From Stylophora pistillata (lineage: Eukaryota), in the NCBI RefSeq assembly GCF_002571385.2, contig NW_019218122.1:6377-70376 (forward strand): 64,000 bases of DNA. The letters are read 5' to 3'. Both the position numbers and the translations under genes were made by a program. Of this stretch, positions 12,594 to 24,600 are shown in pieces. Position 1 is the first letter of the stretch; every line of letters begins with the position of its first letter. The notes beneath the pieces were generated by a model, which saw only the letters and a list, made by a program, of their open reading frames with translations, had not been told where the DNA came from and did no database searches.

Positions 12594-13011
12594 CGGTCTT
12601 TTCGTCCAAAAGTCTTTTCGTCCAAAAGTCTTTTCGTCTGAAAGTTTTTTCATCTAAGTCTGTTCATCTAATTGTTAGGTCTTTTCTCGAAGCAAATAAA
12701 TACTTTTAGAAGGCTAGATAAGGCCTAGATCATTTCTTTATCATGTTGGACTATGTTGTTGATTATGTCGGACATTTAGTGATGTTACACATAGCTGTCT
12801 ATTCCGCTTAATAGACGCTTAACGACAAGCCTAATATTCCCATTTCTTTCGCGCGAAATAATTAAACGACAAGTCTTTACTTTTGTCACTATTTAATAAA
12901 ATATATCTCTTTACAACTCCATTAAAATAATGTTATAACTTTCACGAAGAGACTTGATATTGGACAAATGGACCCAAGACTTTTGACGAAAAGAGTTGGA
13001 CGAAAAAACCG
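12594..13011. mobile_element. MITE inserted in array copy A
   Basis: Left end cggtcttttcgtccaa, with tandem aaagtcttttcgtcc subrepeats, is the inverted complement of the right end ttggacgaaaaaaccg. Absent from the homologous position of copy C. Confidence 0.75.
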
Positions 13012-14781
13012 GATACCCTTTGCTTTTACATTACAGCATTCGGTAAAACTTGATACATTTTATTTACCGCACGCTTCCGATGTAACTCTATAACGGAAAG
13101 AAGAAATGAGTCTCACCTCCATCCTTCGATTTTTTCCGTACTCCATGAAGTGTTTTTCTTCCAGAATAGAGCCCAAGATGACAATTCAATCCGATGTACC
13201 TAGAAAATTGTATAGGCTATAATTACCAAGCAACAACAAAGCTGAACGTGCATTCAGCTTTTCGGTTCATCGAAGAATCTCAGCTTCACCGGTCACGTAT
13301 TTACATATTTACTCGCAATCGAGTCAGGACAATGCCATGCGTGGATTGAGTTTAGGGAAATTTAAGCCCAGGAGCTTGAACAATCGAAAGCGCGTTGAGT
13401 AATTCCAGAGAAATCAAGTGAAATCAACTAGAATGTTTATGCAAGAAGCGGTGAATCAAAACGTCCCCTTCGACTTGTCGCACCTTAACCGCTTTACGAT
13501 TTGATCAAGCTAAAACGAAACAGATTTTGCCTGGAAAGCACATTTCATAACCTAACCATTGATATATAGTTTATAGTAGTTACATTTTAACTAGCGCGGC
13601 CACAATCTTTTTCGCGAAGGACACCCTGGAAAGTTTACCGTATCCTTAATTCATGTACCTGCAATGCAGATCTGAAAACTGAATGTTCCTGTCGACTAGA
13701 CAGACCTACATGTTTGGCTCCCCCAACCGCTTACATGTGAAAAGTGTTTATCACAATGCAAATATTCGCATCCACCCGGTAGAATTGAACAGTTTCTTTG
13801 TGCAGAATTCAAACAAAGCGAAACCTTTTCAGGATAATTATATTTACAATTTTTCAGTTACATAATGTCTCATTTTTGTGTAGCAAATTCGCGACACGAT
13901 GAGGTTTTAGAATGACCTATGCAAGGGTGGGTCCTGTCTAATAAGGCTAACTTTTACTGATCAGCCCTGCAAGGTAAAAACATCAGAAGCTCTGATATTT
14001 AGCTTGCCTAAATCTGTGTATTCCATTTCATCCGTCAAAGTAGGGAGAAAAGGCCACGGTTGTGTATTTAAAATCTCTCTGATACTGGCTGGATCAATGG
14101 AACAGCCACATACAAGCAGAAGCTCAGTCAGGCGGGACAAGATTTGCGATGCGAACCGGCTGTTTATACTATTTTAAAAATGAAACTTTCACTAGCAGTC
14201 GAACAAGAGCTGGGTATACCATTTATCTAGTATATCTACTAACCATTAAGATACCTCTTGTTGCTGAGTGGAGAAAGTTTTCTTTCTCTTCCGAAGGTTA
14301 GAATTACAGTTCAACATATAGATTTGGAAACAAACATTCTCTTGAAGATCACTTACTTAGTTGACGCTACGATAAATCTTTCACAGCATTTTGCATGTGA
14401 TTAGGTAAAAACAGAAGTGGAATGGAACTGGATAAACTACTGCCTACGGTCAAATTGATAATAAAATATCTACATGTATTGTGCAGAATAACGCAAAATG
14501 CAAATCAGTTGCCCGCATCCATGTTTTATGATAATGTGTACCTATAAAAAAAATGAAGAAATGTGCGCCCAAAGATTAAGCTGCTTGAACGACTTTCGAC
14601 TCGATGGGTGTAGGAAAAGGAAAGGTAACGTATTATTCTTTAAGATGTTTCGCAATCCTTACTCACGACAAATATTCAACATATTTAGTCGCAAGCAACA
14701 TATTTGTTTCTCTCCGAATTATTCCTGTCCTTTAACCACTCAACAAAGTTTGCTTTGTCATTGCTAAACTGACGCATAGCA

Positions 14782-14988
14782 ATGCTCCTCATTGTTTTCA
14801 TCGTTTATTTAATACATTTTCGTTCTAGTCAAGGCGCAGTTAGTATTCAAAGGGCGGACGGCGCTATTCACGAGATAAATTGCTATCCAGAGGAAAGAGA
14901 TTTATCCTGTAGACAGCATTATCTCTGCCAACCTTCAAATAATCAGGGTCCGATTATTTGCTTTTCAGAATCGCATACATACCAATAA
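14782..14988 (+). CDS. hypothetical 68-aa small ORF with a signal-peptide-like N-terminus (copy 2)
   Basis: Paralog of 11303-11506 with an in-frame 3-nt insertion and the same stop (FSESHTYQ*). Confidence 0.25.
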   Translation: MLLIVFIVYLIHFRSSQGAVSIQRADGAIHEINCYPEERDLSCRQHYLCQPSNNQGPIICFSESHTYQ

Positions 14989-17900
14989 AATGCGTATTTT
15001 TGGCAGGATTACAAAACTATTTCTGTTAGAGCCGCTATTCAATAACAAGATTTTGTAAAGCGTCCTTGTGATTGATGAAAATGCAGTCTAAGTTTTTACT
15101 CTTTTGAAGATCCTTCTTACAAAATAAACTTTTCAACGTAAGTGAGAAGTGGATGACTACAAAGTAACTGAACCCTCGAGACTACTGTGATCTCAAAGAG
15201 TCTCTGGACAGTTAAGACTAATAATCTGGAAGTCTTCATCTCGTGCAAGCATTGCACACCGAATCATGAAGTGTGTTACTTCCAGAATAGAATCCGAGAT
15301 GACCATACAATCCGATGTACCTGGACAATGTTATAGGCTGTAAATACCAAGCAACAACAAGCGCTAGTTCGTTCAGCTTTGCGGTGAAAAATCTCAGTTT
15401 CACCGGTCATGTATTTACCTACCTCACTGTCTGAACTTTCTTTTCCTCTGGTAGGCACAGCTTCAGTTCCAAACTAAACCAAACCTCTTCCCCTGTACCC
15501 AATTCTGCGCGAATGACATTAGACGGCGACTTTTTACCATTGAATAGTAGTTTTTTTTTCAAAGTTGGCTCACAATTGAGTCAGGACAAAGCCATGGATG
15601 GATTTGGTTTAGGGAAATTTGACCCCAGGAGCTTGAACTGACTATCGAAGTGCGTTGAGTAATTCAATCAGAACGTTTATTGGAAGAAGCGGTGAATTAA
15701 ATGATACGGGAAACGGGATGACAAAATAGACATCGTTGCGAAGTTGTAGTTACGCGTATCGGTAAAATTTTATTAACTAAACTTGACAGAAGGATTGCAA
15801 AGTAACCGATGTGAATATTAAAAAAGCCCCACACAATTTTTAAGATCAATCCCTAGACTTTGTGCATAGGTTTTCCTTGTGCGGGTAGATTTGAGACCCG
15901 ATTAATTAGCTCGAAGAAACAGCGTCCGTTTCGACTCGTTGCACCTTTATTGCTTTACAATTTCATCAAGCTAAAACGAAACAATTTATTTATGGAAAGC
16001 ACATTTCGTAACCTATCCAATGATATATAGTTTATGGTGGTTATGTTTTAAATAGCATGGTAACAATTTTCCTCGCCAATTACGCCTATGAAGGTCTACA
16101 GTATTCCTGATGTAATTGCAATATAGATCTGAAAACTAAATGTTCTTGTCGATTAAGAAAGACTTACCTGTTTGGCTACCCCAACCGCTCACATGTGAAA
16201 AGTGTTTATCACAATGCAAATATTCGCATCCACCCAGTAGAGTTCGACAGTTTCTTTGTGAGGAATTCAAACAAAGTGAAACCTTTTCAGTTTCATTTAT
16301 CAGTTACATAATGTCTCCTTTTTGTGTTGCAACTTTGCAACACGATGAGCTTTTAGAATGACTCATTCAAGGGTGAGCCCTGTCTAATAGGGCTAACCTT
16401 TACTGATCAGCCCTGCAAGGTAAAAACATCAGCAGCTCTGATATTTAGCTTGCCTAAATCTGTGTATTAGATTCCTCCAGTCAAATTGGGGAAAAGACCA
16501 CGGTTTTAGCGCTCATGATCACGGCAACCTTGAAGGGCTGAACGTTTACAATTCGAACTCAATTAAACCATAGTCACAAAAATTCTTAATAAACCCATTC
16601 CGTCATCAGTGAACTCCACACTCAACCCGTAGTAGAATATTTAATCCCCCGGGGTATGTAATAAATTGTGTATTGAAAATTTCTCTGATGCTGGCTGAAT
16701 CATTCAATGGAACAACCACATACAATCAGGAGCTCAGTCAGGCGGGACAAGATTTGCCATGCGAACCAGCTGTTTTTCCTTTTTTAAAAATGAAACTTTT
16801 ACTAGCAATCGAACAAGAGCTGGGTGTACCATTTATCTAGTATATCTTCTTGTTGCTGGGTGAAGAAAGTTTTCTCTCTCTTCGGTCGGAAGGTTAGAAT
16901 TTCAGTTCAACATATAGATTTAAAACAAACATTCTCTTGAAGATCGCTTTCTAAGTTGACGTTGCGATAAGTCTTTTAAAGCATCGATTTAATAAGAATT
17001 TTGCACTGTGATAAGGTGCAAACAGAGGAAAAATAGAACTGGATACACGTTTGATTCATAATGACTGAGATATGTATTGTGCAGTTTAACGCAAAATCCA
17101 AATCAGTTGCCCGTTGTCATCCATGTTTATGGTGATATGTACCTATTAGAAAAAATGAGATGTGTGCCGAAAGGTTTAGCTGCTTGAACGACTTATAGTC
17201 TTTCGACTCGATGGGTGTAGGAAAAGGAAAGGTAGCGCATTGTTAATAAACAATCCTTACGCGCGACAGATATTCCACATATTAAATCGCAACCAACATT
17301 TTTGTTTGTCTCTGAATCATCCCTGTTGATCCTTTAGCCACTTGATAAAGTTTGCATTGTCATTTCTAAACTGACGCAAACCATACCAGTAATATGTGTA
17401 TTTTTGGCATGATGACTGAAAATAATTTGCTTTATGTTCGAGACGCTATTCAACAACAAGACGGGCTGATATGTACCTATTAAAAAAATATGAGATGCGT
17501 GCCGAAAGGTTTAGCTGCTTGAACGACTTATAGTCTTTGGACTCGATGGGTGTAGGAAAAGGAAAGGTAGCGCATTGTATATTGCTCATTAACATGTTAA
17601 TAAACAATCCTTACTTGGCTCGCGACAGATATTCCACATATTAAGTTGCAATCAACATTTTTGTTTCTCTCCGAATCATCCCTGTCCTTTAGCCACTTGA
17701 TAAAGTTTGCATTGTCATTTCTAAACTGACGCAAACCATACCAGTAAAATGTGTATTTTTGGCACGATGAAAAAACTAATTTGCTTTATGTTCGAACCGC
17801 TATTCAACAACAAGACTTCGGTTTCAGCATTGTAAAACTTCCTTGTGATTGACGGATGACAATGTATTATTCTACGTTTTTACCCTTTTGAAGATCCTTA

Positions 17901-19024
17901 TTCAAAGGGCGGACGGCACTATTCCAGACTGAAATAAATTGCCCTCCAGAGGATAGGGATTTATCCAGTAGAAAGCATTATCCATGCCAACCTGCACACA
18001 ATCAGGGTCAGATTATTTCCTTTTCAGAATGGCAGACATACCTGTAAAATGTGAAATTTTGGCAGGATGACAAAACTCATCTGCTTTTTGTTCGAGCCGC
18101 TATTCAACAACAGGACTTCGGTTTCAGTTTTGTAAAGCTTTTTTTGTGACGGATGACAATGTATTGTTCTACGTTTTTACTCTTTTGAACATCCTTCTTG
18201 CAAAATAACTTTTTCAACGTAAGTTAGAAGTAGAAGACTATAAAGTAAGTGAACCCTCGAGACTACTGTGAAAAGTCTGGACAATAAAGACTAATAAGTC
18301 TTCATCACGCGCACTGAAGCATTTCATACCGATTATGAGGAGTTATGGACTCCTCCATTTTAACTGCTTTGCTTGGTATTGAGTTTTTTAAAACTCCATG
18401 CTAGGCAGTAAATAACAAACACTTAAAAGTGTTCAGGTGAAGTTTCAAGATTATCGTGACTAACGAAAAAAAAAAAAGGACATCAACAACAGATGGCTCT
18501 ATATCTGCTGGATGTATGAATCGATCAAACAAAGCATTTGTTAACTCGTTCTACCATTTTTCCAACGGCAACCGTCGATTGCGGATTGTAATGGTGACAC
18601 TTAACGAGCAAGAGTTTTGCATTTTTATCTTCCCTCTCCCGTTCGACTAACACTCAGTCCTTTTAGCTGGTTCCTCGCCATAGCTTTCAATTATCGTACT
18701 TTCCAGAGTTTCAGCTTTTAGTTTTACATGTTTTACAACGAGATTCGTTAAGGAAATCACTTCGCTAATCTGGCAATGACACTGGGGAAGGACCGTGACG
18801 CGCTCTCCCTTGCAGAGAAACATGGCTACTACACATGAACCCTTTACTTTGCGTACACTTTTCCTAAGGTCCGATGTTTGAGGGGTTGCTGACAAAGAAG
18901 AGGGAAAAGTTTACACGAGTTTCTAACGATCGGCCTTCTCTGTAAATTCTTATCGTAATTAATGGCGACTCAATGAAGTATCGCAGCATGCAATGCCAAC
19001 CGGTTTTTTTCCAATAAGATGCCT

Positions 19025-19715
19025 TGAATGAATGAATGAATGAATGAATGAATGAAATCTATATTTAAAACACGGTAAAAACATCATGATATGGCAATAG
19101 AAAACAAAGAAGGAATTCATCTAAAGTAAAAATTTTCTATTAACTTGTTTACATATTTGCCGTGTGGGAGCCCAATACAAAGAGCCATTTAACAATTCTT
19201 CTCTTGAAGCTGCGTAGAGATTTTGTTGTGCGAATATCCTCCTTAGGAAGATCGTTCCAAAGAGAAGCTCTGCTATAACTGACTTCAGGAAGTCAGTTCT
19301 TGGTTTCGGCAAGTACAATTTTTGGCTTGCGCCACGAAGATCAAAAGACAACGTTCTCGGAGTGAACATGTTACAAAGATAATTTGGGGCGAGCTTATTA
19401 ACACATTTATACATTCAATTTACCGTTTGCTTCGTCCTCCTTACTGATAAGTTATCCCAGCCGAGAGAGTTGAAGAGATAGCTAGAGTTCGTATTATAAC
19501 TTGATTTAGTAATTACTCTGGCAGCGCGATTTTGTAGTTTTTGTAGTTTCTCACTCAGCTGTTGGGACAAGCCATCCAAAACAACACTGCAGTAATCAAA
19601 ATGTTGTTTGATAAGACCTTCGTATATTTTAATAGCGGTGTGCATTGAGACAAAAGGTCAAATTCGCTTCAGTGCACCGACACTGGAAGAGAATTTTTTT
19701 GAGATTGCGTGTTTA
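19025..19715 (-). mobile_element. 3' fragment of an L2-type LINE with a (TTCA)n tail, inserted in array copy C
   Basis: ORFs 19415-19645 (IYEGLIKQHFDYCSVV...LQKLQNRAARVIT) and 19121-19414 (MYKCVNKLAPNYLCNMF...LPKPRTDFLK); (GAAT)n at 19025-19057. Confidence 0.85.
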
Positions 19716-20559
19716 TTGTATTTCATTACTGTTTTGAGGTCTGTGATTCTTCGAAACTTTTCTTTAATCTGACCCATGAGGCTCACAGTTGCGACTACGT
19801 TCATCATCGCATTTCGTACTCGGAGTTTGCTATACTTTAAATACAGATGGTTTGAAACCTCTTTTCGACACCAAACAGGGGGGTAAAGAATAAAATAAGC
19901 TGGCATTACTATTCACACGAAAGTCACTCAATAGCCCCTTAGTATATTATTGCAGACTAGTTACAAACTATCAGATTAAGATGAACATTTATGAAATAAT
20001 CTACAGGGATTGCCCTTTCTTTTCCATTACAGCGTGTGGTAAAACGCAGCACGTTTTATATACTGCAGGCTTCGATGTAAGAAAAAATAGGTCTTACCTC
20101 CATCCTTCGGCCTCTTCCGTATTCCATGGAGTGTTTTTCTACCAGAATGAAGTCAAACATGACTATACAATCCGATGTACTTAGAACAAGCGCTAGTGCG
20201 TTCAGTTTTGCGGTTCGTCGAAAAATTTCAGCTTCATCGGTCATATATTTACGTAGCTCACTGCAGCTGTTCACTCCACAAACCTCCTCCACTGTACCCA
20301 ATTCTGCGCGAATTTCATTAGTCGGTGACATGTCACTCAGATTCCATTTAACAGTAATTTTTTCTCAAAGTTGGCCCACAACTGAATCATTTTGGCGAAA
20401 AAAATTGTTTCAATTTTCTTATATAGCTTTCACTGTAGAGAATAAGCTACAGCTACCTGTCGATCATAGCTCCCTTGAAGTTCTTGTTTTGGCCTCTGTT
20501 CTTATAATTCTCACACGTTTCCTTGGCGTCTGATTATTTACGTGGCTACAGTCGTGTAT

Positions 20560-21230
20560 TCCTCTAATTTCTCAGTCGGGAGACACTCTTCCTTCCATTA
20601 CTTTCAATAATCTGTCTTTAATAATCGTTTGCCTCACGATGTGGTCACTTATGACGTGAATCGCGACATCTTGACTGCCTACTGCTATGCCTACTGCTAA
20701 CCATCTCCAGAAGATAAGGTAGACTGGTTTCGGGTCTTCTTATAAAGCAGGACGCTCCGCTGCGATTGGGTGGTATTCCACAGCTGTGATTGGTGCGTTT
20801 TGATCCTCGAACAACAAGGCGTACTCGCTGTCTTCAAGTGGGAACTACATGTACTACACAGGTCAGAGCTGGTAAGAGCGAAAGACGCTGGGGATCCGGC
20901 TAAACAAGACGGTGTAGTTTACAGGATTCCCTGTGAATGCAGCAAAGCTTATGTCGGCGAGACTGGAAAACCAATGTAAGACAGGATAAAGGAGCACCAC
21001 CGAGACATCCGACTAACCCGTACCCAGAGCACACCCACACCAACCGCTTTGGAATGATCGTTATCCTCACTGGTACACTCGCAGGATTAAAGAGGCTAAT
21101 ATTTACTTAAGAATTAACCCTAATAACATCAACAGGGACAGTGGAATGGAAATTCCTGAAGCATTGATGCCCATGATCAAAAAACGCAATAACAGGAGAG
21201 GCGTACGACAGCAGACTGCGGAGAGATCCA
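20560..21230 (+). mobile_element. degenerate Penelope-like element (GIY-YIG endonuclease fragment, probable inverted terminal repeat upstream)
   Basis: Translation LVRAKDAGDPAKQDGVVYRIPCECSKAYVGETGKPM*DRIKEH is a PLE GIY-YIG motif. The upstream 20600-20815 segment resembles the element 3' end in inverted orientation (lower confidence). Confidence 0.75.
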
Positions 21231-21614
21231 AACAATTTTTTTTCTGGGGAATTATTGTTGGTTCTGAGACGACTGGCTCTTAGGAAAAGAAAAATCCTTT
21301 AATTTCTAACGCTTACGTCATTCCTTTCAGATAGGAGGGAAGAAAACAGTGGGAAAAAGTAGGAAAATAAGCATTCTGCACGATCTTCTCCAGGGGCATA
21401 ACAATAAAAGTTTGTACGCCTTGCAGTCCTCACTTAGTAAGTAAGTAAGTAAGTAATTTATTTATCCACATTTCACAATTGAGTATAACTCGTCTCAACG
21501 TAACTTCCATATTGCCATCCGGGTTCTGTATTTACATATCTCCCAGAAGCGTTTGCGTCAGTTGTGTATGTTATTTCAATGAAGTGGATTGGAAGAAACT
21601 ATTAATGAAAATGG

Positions 21615-24600
21615 ATGGCTGAGGGAAATAGGACATTCATGAAAAGATTAACCAAGGTAGTTCGATCTGGGCATGGGGGGAGAATGGGTAACATCATTGG
21701 CAAGGAAGAGCCGGTAATCACGGATCGTTTGAAGGCTGACGACTTTGTTTTTACAAAGGTTTGTATTACTAACATTGATCACGATAGTTGTAAATGAGCA
21801 ATCGAGCACAAACGCCGAGGTCGACCAATTTAAAACATCTTTGTGTTTTATTTTTGTCTTCGCAGACTTCTCGTTATGGCTTTCCGTATCAACCAACTTG
21901 TATTGCATACGATCCTGTTCAGAGTATTCTCGCCCTTGGAGCTTACGATGGCTCTCTTCGCATGTATCCTTGTACACTGTAATTTATTTGCATGACGTTT
22001 GCTAGCTAGACTTAATTAATTTGCTAACGTAAGTTCTTTCAGTTGAACTTGTGAGGTTTAAGGGTTTGTACATCCTGGAATATATAGCAAGTTTACTAAA
22101 AGCGCTTTCTCTAAATTTCTATTGTCAAGACTCCATATGCGTACATGTACAGTCAATGGGTAAAGAACAAGTTTACAAGTTTGTGTTTTGGTTTATTTGT
22201 TTCTCGTTATATTCTAAACATGTTGTTAACTTCTGCGACAACTACTAGCGGGATATAAGTTTTCGTTTCTGTGGCCATTTTGAATGTTGCACGTCACCAT
22301 AATTATAGTGAATGATTATTTTTCCTCGATAGCTTTTTATTGAGGCAAGGTATAACTTCTTAAATGCTTATGTGCGATAATTTTCTTTCATCAAACACAG
22401 ACTATTTTTTCAGGATGAACTTACAAATAATCGATTCGCGCCTTGAGTATTAGTTTGGAAACGTTTCTCGTTTATTTTTGTTGGCTTGCTTGCCTCATAC
22501 TTTATGGTCTAGCCGACAGACACTATCAAAACTGAGGCCAAAGGCACATCTTTAGTCCTTGACTGTCTTTGAATTAGATTGGGACAAGCTGGTGTGGAAT
22601 GTCACGTTCAACATGACAGCAGTGCCGCTGTCATAGAACTTATATTCCTTATAAATGAGGTGATTAGCATTTGTTCTTCTTGTTTATTTGTGACACACTG
22701 TCAGACTTACCCTGCAAGTATGCTCTTGCATATATTCTTCAAACAGTTATGTAAGATAATGTATCTCTTACTCAAAGGTATCGTCATGCATGCATGCATG
22801 CATTATTGCTCAGCATTCTAAGTTAGTTTTATGAATTTTGTAGTAATCTTGTTTGGTCCTATTTCAACCCTTATGCTTAAGCCATACAAATTGTATTTCA
22901 ACCTTACACTCCTTTAAAATCATTAATAGGAAAGTTTGTTTATTCCCATCAACTGTCTTTTGTCCTGACTATTTAATTAAAATGTTGGGAGAAGCTACGT
23001 TTCACTCACTTCTCTCAAATGTTAATTTTTAACCCTTCAGCTTCCATGAGTGACCAAGACAGAATTTCTCTTTATAATATCAAGTAGAAAAGAGATGAGA
23101 ATAAAGAAAAATATCAATTAGGAGATTATTAGTTGATCCAATACCAAATTCTCTGAACTAACTGCATAGGATATGTATGACAGATGGTAAGGAGAGTTAC
23201 TTATGTGATCTTTGGAGTAAGAGGGTTAAATAACTATGATAAGTATGGGAATCTAGGTGGACCCCAAATTTGAGTCCATATATTTGTACCATCTAGATCT
23301 AATTTCATTTATAAAAACTTCTGTTATTTGTGTTTTGATTTAACATTCTATTTTTTTAAGGGAGCTTTGATAAGTCTTTGTGAAGATGACTACATTCATT
23401 TGTGGAATTTGCGACAAGCCCAACCTGCCCTTGTGCAATCCTTGCGGTTTAATCGTGAGAAGTAAGTATAAATATTTTGTAGTATCATGTAATTGCATGA
23501 TACTACAGAAGGAGAAGATGATTTCTTGGTCCTTTTTTTTTTTTGCATAGAAAGACAGTATTCAAACTTTGTCATGTACTTTGTACATGTTTATTTAATC
23601 ATATTAGCTTTAAAGAGACAAGAGTTTAATCAAGGGTTGGGTGTAGATACCATGCAGGGACATTATTTTAGATTCCTGTTGTGCCTTTGGAGCTGCTGAT
23701 AAATTGATAAGTTTGCATGGCATATACTGTACAATCATGGGGTTCCAGATGTTTGAAGAAAATTGGGTATATATGTTGTAGTTAAATTTTATCCTTTGGT
23801 CAAATTTTATTTTCCTTTGTTTCAAATTCATTATCATACATTAACATGACAGAGAACAAAGAAAAATAAAATTTGAACCAAGTATAAAATTGAACTACAA
23901 CATATACACTGTATTTAGATTTTTGAGGCAAAGTATGTAATTATGTTAAGTGGAATGCCCTTGTTGTCTTGGTTTTTTAAATGGTCTAATTATTCTTATT
24001 TTCTGTCATAAAATTCCTTTGATGTTAGTTCTGAGATTTTGGTATTGAATTCACTAATCCCTAATTGATAGTCATCTTTATTATCCAACTACACTCTGTA
24101 GAGTACAAATAATGCCATAGATGTGTACAAATATCAGGCGGTATTTGTACTCTAGAGAACCGGTTTGACAGGTTTTCTTGCATCACGTAAGCATAGAATT
24201 GGATTGAAGGTACGAAAACAAAAATGGCAGACAATTTCAATCATATTTCCGACGACAAAGAGTCGGAATGGCTGGCAAATTTGGATCCAGGTTTATTAGA
24301 TGAATTGAACGAAGAAAAACAGTTAGACAACCAGGAAATTTCTTCATTTATTTAAGAAAATAGAGACAGCAACACGACAATGCACCAATTCTGTTCTGCT
24401 TTGCATACTTCTGTCACACACTCCCTGTAAATATCCGCAAAGAAATTCGCCAGCTGAAATAACAGTTTGGCATGTTGGATAATAAGTAACTTATTAGACA
24501 TTTTGTTTTGTAATATCCCTGAGTATTTTTACTCGTTATTTGTATATATGGCACAACTTGTAAAAATACTCAGTGATACTACACAACAAAACATCTAATA

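Larger units (their letters stand above)
10020..20390. repeat. decayed tandem segmental array, about 3 copies of a ~3.4 kb unit
   Basis: Shared anchors: tttagggaaattt at ~10037/13351/15608; ctgaaaact.aatgttc.tgtcga at ~10231/13672/16128; ctcgagacta at ~11714/15175/18256; gaatcgatcaaac at ~11950/18518; caatccgatgtac at ~13187/15308/20168. Copy B has an internal deletion near 15275. Copy C has an internal ~335-bp duplication (17133/17468) and a LINE insertion. Confidence 0.9.
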
